Below are positions 45,043 to 51,245 of a DNA stretch of 51,245 nt, one piece after another (the stretch's first letter is position 1; each line of letters opens with the position of its first letter). Made by a program: the position numbers and the translations under genes. The notes beneath the pieces are model-generated. The model was not told the DNA's origin. It ran no database searches and saw nothing but the letters and a program-made list of their open reading frames with translations. Source of the stretch: a virus (Duplodnaviria > Caudoviricetes); IMG/VR virus record IMGVR_UViG_3300031578_000051, positions 1 to 51,245 of that record. One strand, given 5' to 3'.

Positions 45043-46848
45043 CTACCCTATCTCTCCTTCTTTCTGGTTAAGTGCATAATATCTTAAATAAAAACTCTCA
45101 TCTTTTGTTGCATCACTAAACTTAAATCTTATCTTTCTTGCTGTCTTTAAGAAGTTCCAGTTAGTCCAAGCATATGCAGCAGTTAACGTCTTTTCATCTG
45201 CAGTAACTGGTAACCAAGTAGTGCCTTCATCAACTGAGTGTTGTAATGACAACTTAGATGAGGTAGAATATCCTTTGACATCTATGTTCATGCCCTGATA
45301 TCTTCTCTGCCTTTCTTGATATCCTTCTTTGCTTAACACGAAATCACCAGTCTCAAAGTTACAGTCAATAGCACCAGCACCATCATTAAGAGCGGAGTAA
45401 TCATAGTGATGTGTAGTTCCCGCTGACAGCCCTAACAATGAACGTTCTACTCCTGCTTTAGTAACACTACCACCACCAGATATTAATGCAATAGTACCCT
45501 TTACCCAACTTCTATCATCCAAGTTGTATGTCCACATTCTCGTTGGGTATTCATTAGCACCTATAACAATAAAGAATGTTACTTCTCTCTGTTCTTGGTT
45601 AACTACACAGAAGTTCATTTTAGCTTTAGCTTTACTTGCCGCCGTCAACTCCGATTGCAACAATTTCTTGATAGGGTCTCCAATATGATTAAGTTCCCAA
45701 CCACCATTCCATTCATGTATGTTCCAATCACTACCTAAAATTATGTGTGATGTTCCTAAGTTAGCAATACAATGAGGCGCTCCTAGCCCTATTCCTTGAA
45801 CGTGTGCATTTAACGAATATAGACTTGAGCCACCAATGTAGTCAAGTAAACAACAACTCATGTTTTTATAAACAGCAACATAATCTTTAAGTTCTGCAGC
45901 ACCCACAATTTCATTACCCATGCCTCGTGTGAAATCATTAAATCCTGCACCTGTGTCATTAACATTATCAAAGTCTCCAAGCACTGAATGGATTTCCCTA
46001 ATAGCTGTTTCACTACCACTTACATTGTCATTAAACCCTAACAAGCGTTCTTTGTATGGCACAAATATCTTAGGTCTATAATCCTCCCAACCAACAGTAG
46101 TGCCAACTTTAATAGCAATAATAATTGTCCCGTCAAAATCTGTGCTTGGAGTAATAGCCAAACTGGCAGTAGAACTAGTGGTTGGTCTCCAAGAGCCCGT
46201 TGCAGAGAGGGCAGCCGAAGTTTTGCCCCCAAAAGCGATGACAAAAGTCCCTGCGGTTCTTCCTGAAACCGTGTAGGAAATTTGATATACAGTTGCACTA
46301 ACAGCCGCCTTGGACTGTAATAAAGCAGTAACATTTCCAATTGTATGTACCCAACCTGCTGCCCAACTTCCTGTCCATCCTGTAGAGGTCCAACCAGTAC
46401 CCAGTAAAAATTCAGTCCTACTATCAAGAGCACTCCATACAGTTCCAAGACACTTCGCTGGCACATCCATACCATTAGTAAATACCATGTAGTTCTCTAT
46501 AAATGCCAGACTTGCCCTGTTTGTCACTGTTCCAGTCAAACTACCTACAAGGGGCGCCCACGCACCACCCCCATTTCTATAATATACATCAGTCGTTGTA
46601 ACTAAAATTTCATATTCTGTTAAATTAAACTGTTGATACCCAAACAGAAGTAATGGTATACCAGTTATAGTGCCTGTTCCATATGCTACATATCCTGTTC
46701 TTTTACTTGCTACTCCATCTTTAAGTCTTATGTTATTACAATTTGTGAAGGCACGTGGGTCTAGCATAGTAGAAGGTATATTACCTATTATGCCCAAAGT
46801 GGGTGCATACGCTGGAAACGGTTTTATTACTACATCTTCTTTAGCCAT
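45043..46848 (-). CDS. Tail/head-stabilisation (nozzle-like) protein
   Basis: 601 aa, beta-propeller-like composition, KRTGY N-terminal and SVDEGTTW C-terminal motifs. Confidence 0.7.
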   Translation of the reverse strand: MAKEDVVIKPFPAYAPTLGIIGNIPSTMLDPRAFTNCNNIRLKDGVASKRTGYVAYGTGTITGIPLLLFGYQQFNLTEYEILVTTTDVYYRNGGGAWAPLVGSLTGTVTNRASLAFIENYMVFTNGMDVPAKCLGTVWSALDSRTEFLLGTGWTSTGWTGSWAAGWVHTIGNVTALLQSKAAVSATVYQISYTVSGRTAGTFVIAFGGKTSAALSATGSWRPTTSSTASLAITPSTDFDGTIIIAIKVGTTVGWEDYRPKIFVPYKERLLGFNDNVSGSETAIREIHSVLGDFDNVNDTGAGFNDFTRGMGNEIVGAAELKDYVAVYKNMSCCLLDYIGGSSLYSLNAHVQGIGLGAPHCIANLGTSHIILGSDWNIHEWNGGWELNHIGDPIKKLLQSELTAASKAKAKMNFCVVNQEQREVTFFIVIGANEYPTRMWTYNLDDRSWVKGTIALISGGGSVTKAGVERSLLGLSAGTTHHYDYSALNDGAGAIDCNFETGDFVLSKEGYQERQRRYQGMNIDVKGYSTSSKLSLQHSVDEGTTWLPVTADEKTLTAAYAWTNWNFLKTARKIRFKFSDATKDESFYLRYYALNQKEGEIG

Positions 46849-46864
46849 CTATTCTCCTCTACTT

Positions 46865-47038
46865 CTACTTTACTATAATCTTTACATTACTTAATACAGA
46901 TAATCTAATCTTCTCCTGTATATCATTAGCTACCAAGTCTATATAAGTTTTATACCTTTTACTATGAATATAATCCCTATACTTTTCATGATAATCCTCA
47001 TCATAAATCCCCCAAGCCTTAAAAGCCTTAGTCCACAT
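46865..47038 (-). CDS. Allele of 1145..1423 (57 aa from first ATG; not in ORF track)
   Basis: MWTKAFKAWGIYDEDYHEKY...YKTYIDLVANDIQE. Confidence 0.6.
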   Translation of the reverse strand: MWTKAFKAWGIYDEDYHEKYRDYIHSKRYKTYIDLVANDIQEKIRLSVLSNVKIIVK

Positions 47039-47070
47039 AGGTATAGTTTTCTTCTCTAACCAACTGTCTC

Positions 47071-47340
47071 CTAAGTATTGGGCGTAGGGTTTGTGTGTTT
47101 AAACCAACCAACTACATTAAAGAAAGCAACTGCTATATCAATAAAACTACCTGCAACTCCTAACAGCTTCTCTTTTGTTATATACGTAATCCCTAACTGG
47201 TCATAGAGTAAAGCAATGCTATCCAAGATTACTTTCTTTTTTTCTGGGCCAAAGCCAGGAGTTTCAAACTCTTTAATCAAAGTTAATATCAAAGGGATTA
47301 TCCCCGCAAGTATCCCTAATATCTTAAATATCTGTGTCAT
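47071..47340 (-). CDS. Holin-like membrane protein, allele 2
   Basis: Homologous to 1387..1665. Confidence 0.55.
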   Translation of the reverse strand: MTQIFKILGILAGIIPLILTLIKEFETPGFGPEKKKVILDSIALLYDQLGITYITKEKLLGVAGSFIDIAVAFFNVVGWFKHTNPTPNT

Positions 47341-47372
47341 TTATATCACCTCCTTTCTATAAGATAATAATA

Positions 47373-47663
47373 TTATTTAACTACAAACCAAACCACTCCA
47401 ACCGCTATTATAACAATAATAACTCCAAGTATCCACGTTGAAGTCGCATTTGCTGCAGGCTTAACAGGTATAACAATTGGAGGAACTACAACACCATGTA
47501 TCTTGTCTAATTCTGTTTCAGTGTAAGGCTTTCCAGTTGCTGGATTTTTATAATCTGCCACAATGAGAGTTTTTTCATCTGCTGTCCACCAGCCAGGATT
47601 ATGGTATTCCCCAGGACACCCTGTATTACTCCACACAGTTCCGTGCCATCGATACTTTCCCAT
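47373..47663 (-). CDS. C-terminally anchored protein, allele 2
   Basis: Homologous to 1685..1981. Confidence 0.7.
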   Translation of the reverse strand: MGKYRWHGTVWSNTGCPGEYHNPGWWTADEKTLIVADYKNPATGKPYTETELDKIHGVVVPPIVIPVKPAANATSTWILGVIIVIIAVGVVWFVVK

Positions 47664-47669
47664 CTTTTT

Positions 47670-48122
47670 TCACCTCCCTTCTTTTATTAGTTTAACATAC
47701 TTAATAGCATCTTCAAACTTTTTAAAGTAAATGAAATCCTTTCCTCTACATTTAACCCATGCTTCGCTTGGTATAGGTCTAAAAGTATCAGTGTGTACAT
47801 GCCCACTATCAGGATATAATCCTACCCTATCAAAGCCTATGTTCTTAGCTTCCTCAGCAAGTTCAATTACACTCATCCCAGGTGATTTAATGTCCCAAGC
47901 TTTAGCAAACAAATGAGCAGAGTTCCAATACCCACCTATAGATTTGTTGTATGCAGGGCACCTAATGCCTCCACCTTTAGATACATAAATAGGTTCGTCT
48001 ATGTAATCTCTAAGACTCTGTAACAAGTATATAGAACGTGCATCAACTGGTCTATCTTTACCACACCCACAAGGGCACCGAATTTCAGCAAATTTAAAAT
48101 TTTTAGTTATATATAATGACAT
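47670..48122 (-). CDS. Peptidase M15A endolysin, allele 2
   Basis: Near-identical to 1978..2430. Confidence 0.88.
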   Translation of the reverse strand: MSLYITKNFKFAEIRCPCGCGKDRPVDARSIYLLQSLRDYIDEPIYVSKGGGIRCPAYNKSIGGYWNSAHLFAKAWDIKSPGMSVIELAEEAKNIGFDRVGLYPDSGHVHTDTFRPIPSEAWVKCRGKDFIYFKKFEDAIKYVKLIKEGR

Positions 48123-48131
48123 GGTTACTTC

Positions 48132-48347
48132 CTATTTACTATTCATCCTTGCGATCTCAACTGTTAGCCTATCTATTGCGTCCTTAACACCTTTCGTATT
48201 TGCAGAGTCAGTACTTACGATTGCAGTTAAATCTTTCACTACATCAGTTAATGCATTTAATCTAGGTTCTATTCTTAATAAAACATAAGTTGCCACTGCA
48301 ATAGGAAAACCAACTGTTGGTATCCACTTAAATAATATTTCTTCCAT
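48132..48347 (-). CDS. YvrJ-like putative holin, allele 2
   Basis: One residue differs from 2440..2655. Confidence 0.7.
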   Translation of the reverse strand: MEEILFKWIPTVGFPIAVATYVLLRIEPRLNALTDVVKDLTAIVSTDSANTKGVKDAIDRLTVEIARMNSK

Positions 48348-48359
48348 AACATCATCTCC

Positions 48360-50597
48360 TTATTCTATTCTATACGTACAGCCAACTATAATTTCACTGT
48401 TATCTGCAAAATCTGTATCTATCAGAGCTGTTTTTACTCCATTTTCCGCAATTTCAAAAAGTTCTATTGTTGTTGTATTTATGGCAGTCCATGCTTGAAA
48501 TTGACCAGCAAAGGATATCCCGCCAATGAGAGATACTGGTGCTGAAGTATATCCAGCACTATTATTTACAACTGTGAATGGAAGACCTGTAAGTCTTGCA
48601 ATTCCTGTAGATGTCCCCTTTGATGATAATGTCATATACCCGCTTATAGTTACTATATTGCCTATTTTTGTATAATATCCTGTATTGCTAGTGTATGTTA
48701 TTCCTGTTGTTCCACCATTAAAGGCTACCCCAATTGTCCACTCTCCTTCTTCATAATCATCTAATGTATTTACATTAGCACTTGCACTCTGTCCAGCAGG
48801 AAAAACTATATTAGGAGTAGAAATATTCGTAGTAAAAACAGGCGAATCACTATATACTAGTTTTAAAGTTCCAGTTTCATCACTTATCACTCCTGCAAGT
48901 TCAGCAGAAGTGGTTGCAGCAAAAGCACTTAATTTATCCGTCCTAAAAGCAGTATTTGCACTGTACGCTTGAACATCAGTTCCAATCTCAAGGTCTAAAT
49001 CTTCTTTAACTTGTACTAACGTTCTAACTGCATAGGTATCATCTGCTGTCAACTTAATAAACGAAGGGGATACATAAGCAAGTGCAGATATATTGGTCAA
49101 GGCAGTATCAAGTGGTTGTATTCCAGTTAACCCATTTAATAATCCTAACTCAGTTACAGTTATAGTTGCACTCTCTACTATTGCCCCACCAGAACTAATC
49201 ATAACAAAATCACTACTTAAAGCTGTTCCAGAATTTGTTCCACCCTCAGCAATTATTAATGGAGTATCTAAAGTAAGACTCGTAAAGTCTGCCTTACCAT
49301 CACTATCTATAAAAGCTACTCCTGTATTTGCATAATCTTTAATAATAACTTTGTTTGAAGCAGCACTATCTCCAAGTCTGAGTATAATATCTTCACCTGC
49401 TGCTACCTCTATGTGTGGATGTGTATGTGCAAGATGTAATTGAATAGTGTCTGTATTGCTACTTCCATAAAGACTGTGCCCTATTTCTACAACACGACCA
49501 ACGGTTGGTTCTACATTTGTCATTCCACCAGTAGTGGCAGATAGATATAATATGTCTCCAGCAACCCAAGTTTCGTCTGCTGGGTTTACTGCATTTGCAC
49601 CAAGAGTATCTACTCCTTCTAACACTCCAGCAATTCTCACTAAACCAATACCATTTTGAGAAAATGCTTCTGCTGCTATTCCAATAACATGAGCTTTGCC
49701 AGCAACATCAGCATCAGCTAATCCAACTTTTGGAAATGATGCACCAGTAGCTCCACTAATATAAAGTGGCTGTCCCTTAACTATTGCACTTGTATTTTCT
49801 TCTTTTGCATCAATGGTTAATGCTATTGCAGTAGCAGAACCAACTCCAGTTAAGACAGAACCATCACCTGAAAATGAAGTTGCAGACAAAGTACCAGTTG
49901 ATGGATTATAAGATAGGTCTCCATCTGTCTCTGCATCTTGTGCACCAGTTGCACCATCCACAAAGACTATCAAAGCAGCTACGTTCTCATTCTCGTTGTC
50001 AGTACAGGTAAATGTTGTAGCAAGAGTAGCTAACTCTATTGTAATGTTATTAGGAACATACGCATCTGCAACAGCAGTCCCTTGCCATACACCAGTACCT
50101 ATTGTACCAAGTGTAACTATGTTAGTAGTTCCTGTGAAAGCTGCTAACTCTGCGTCAGTGCAAAGAGTAACACTCCAAATAGTTTCCATCTCACCTTGAG
50201 TGTCAATTTGTGTTTTAAGGTAGTAGTAAGTTAAATCCCCTACAGCTTTTGTAATGAAGGCAGAAGTTGCATTGCTATACAAAGATAAATCATTATTAAC
50301 TATAAAGTTGATGGCATTCCCAGCGTCATCATAAGTAACAGTTATGAGTGTTTCAGTGCCACCAAGCATTGCACCTACTCTATCTTCTACACGTTCCCAT
50401 ATATCAAACTCCAGTGGATCATATGCAAATGACTCTATTATCCTAAAGTTTGTATTATAGTCATTTAGAATGTCTACATTTTCTTCCCATGTAGGTAGAA
50501 TAAGTCCTAAATCAGTTGTCGTATCCCTTGCAAATGCAAACATACATGTTAGTATTAAAACAGATATTACAGTTATAACAATATTCTTTTTATTCAT
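48360..50597 (-). CDS. Tail fibre/receptor-binding protein variant B (745 aa), with signal peptide
   Basis: Shares N-terminus and linker motifs with variant A; C-terminal LDDYEEGEWT...GYYTKIGN...TGLPF tip. Confidence 0.8.
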   Translation of the reverse strand: MNKKNIVITVISVLILTCMFAFARDTTTDLGLILPTWEENVDILNDYNTNFRIIESFAYDPLEFDIWERVEDRVGAMLGGTETLITVTYDDAGNAINFIVNNDLSLYSNATSAFITKAVGDLTYYYLKTQIDTQGEMETIWSVTLCTDAELAAFTGTTNIVTLGTIGTGVWQGTAVADAYVPNNITIELATLATTFTCTDNENENVAALIVFVDGATGAQDAETDGDLSYNPSTGTLSATSFSGDGSVLTGVGSATAIALTIDAKEENTSAIVKGQPLYISGATGASFPKVGLADADVAGKAHVIGIAAEAFSQNGIGLVRIAGVLEGVDTLGANAVNPADETWVAGDILYLSATTGGMTNVEPTVGRVVEIGHSLYGSSNTDTIQLHLAHTHPHIEVAAGEDIILRLGDSAASNKVIIKDYANTGVAFIDSDGKADFTSLTLDTPLIIAEGGTNSGTALSSDFVMISSGGAIVESATITVTELGLLNGLTGIQPLDTALTNISALAYVSPSFIKLTADDTYAVRTLVQVKEDLDLEIGTDVQAYSANTAFRTDKLSAFAATTSAELAGVISDETGTLKLVYSDSPVFTTNISTPNIVFPAGQSASANVNTLDDYEEGEWTIGVAFNGGTTGITYTSNTGYYTKIGNIVTISGYMTLSSKGTSTGIARLTGLPFTVVNNSAGYTSAPVSLIGGISFAGQFQAWTAINTTTIELFEIAENGVKTALIDTDFADNSEIIVGCTYRIE

Positions 50598-50878
50598 GCA
50601 CTCACCTCATAATACGTAGTATCTGGACCAAGCACACTATAAAATGATGTGCTTGGCTCAGGCACCATGTAATAAAATGTAACAGCACCTCTTACTGCAC
50701 CTAACTTCTTCCATGTGGTTAAGCCTAATTCTTTTAACTTTGCCCATGTCTTTGCATCTTGATTAGCAAGAGATAACCACGTACGTATAGCTATGATAGA
50801 AGACTCATACCATGTTTTAGTTGCAATAGTTGTTGTGTAGTAGTTGGGGGAAGGGTTAGATACTGTATAATAATCCAT
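50594..50878 (-). CDS. Hypothetical virion-associated protein, allele 2
   Basis: Homologous to 5562..5846. Confidence 0.75.
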   Translation of the reverse strand: MDYYTVSNPSPNYYTTTIATKTWYESSIIAIRTWLSLANQDAKTWAKLKELGLTTWKKLGAVRGAVTFYYMVPEPSTSFYSVLGPDTTYYEVSA

Positions 50879-50879
50879 G

Positions 50880-51245
50880 TTATCCCCTTATAAAAGGATA
50901 CTTATATGCTTCAGCCATCATATTACTACTTCTAAATCCCTGAGAGCCATACCCCTTTGCCACTGGTGCATAATCAGGTCTTATTCTATCAACAGCTTTG
51001 TGTGATGCAAGCATGCCCATAAAATAATCCTGTGCAGCATCCCTTAGCTTTAATTCACCAAGGGCATGCCATCCTTCCACTATAGTTGCAGCAACTATTA
51101 AATCGTCTATACGTGCAACTTCAGGGGTTGCTGCCTCAGCCAACTCTGCCTGCCACTTTATATATCTTATATCCATTGTATATCTTACATCTGGAGGGCT
51201 TGTTAACTCAAATATATCTGCTTTATCTACATACCCTTCTGCCAT
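50880..51245 (-). CDS. Adaptor protein allele 2, 5'-truncated by window edge
   Basis: Matches C-terminal 121 aa of 5848..6789. Confidence 0.8.
   Translation of the reverse strand: MAEGYVDKADIFELTSPPDVRYTMDIRYIKWQAELAEAATPEVARIDDLIVAATIVEGWHALGELKLRDAAQDYFMGMLASHKAVDRIRPDYAPVAKGYGSQGFRSSNMMAEAYKYPFIRG

Larger units (their letters stand above)
1..51245. mobile_element. Tailed bacteriophage genome (~45 kb unit, circularly permuted, with ~6 kb present twice)
   Basis: Terminase-portal-scaffold-capsid-adaptor-fibre-lysis order; PolA replication module; no host housekeeping genes; both ends cover the same module. Confidence 0.96.
45390..51245. repeat. Copy 2 of diverged duplicated tail/lysis module
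   Basis: Near-identical endolysin, YvrJ-like and 94-aa genes; different fibre. Confidence 0.95.

Noticed and set aside
47097-47103. TTTAAAC slippery heptamer in holin-like allele 2
   Set aside because: Out of register with the reading frame and not conserved in copy 1
1-51245. Stop-codon reassignment
   Set aside because: Long genes are intact and tightly packed under the standard code, with all three stops used

Overview
The window holds an essentially complete ~45 kb tailed-phage genome with a podovirus-like layout, plus ~6 kb read a second time. Bases 1-6213 and 45390-51245 are two diverged versions of the same tail/lysis module, with different fibre genes. A central non-coding region (~17.1-19.0 kb) carries divergent sigma70-type promoters. 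The leftward arm encodes terminase, portal, scaffold, capsid, adaptor, fibre and lysis genes, and continues round the circle into tail, ejection-like and PurD-like genes. The rightward arm encodes many small early genes, a Cas4-like nuclease/Sak4/SSB module, a ParB-methyltransferase fusion, a UDG-PolA fusion and a DUF3987-like protein. I recognised no integrase, CI repressor, primase, tRNA or CRISPR array. The most interesting unexplained signals are: five dispersed copies of a 35-bp palindrome (two inside genes, spaced ~6 or ~13 kb apart); three LexA-like boxes around a GC-rich island; a Sec-type signal peptide on both fibre variants; a conserved candidate -1 frameshift at the end of a holin-like gene; a 99-nt rod-shaped RNA with an exposed anti-Shine-Dalgarno loop; and His at PolA position 762. 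All calls are by eye, without database searches.
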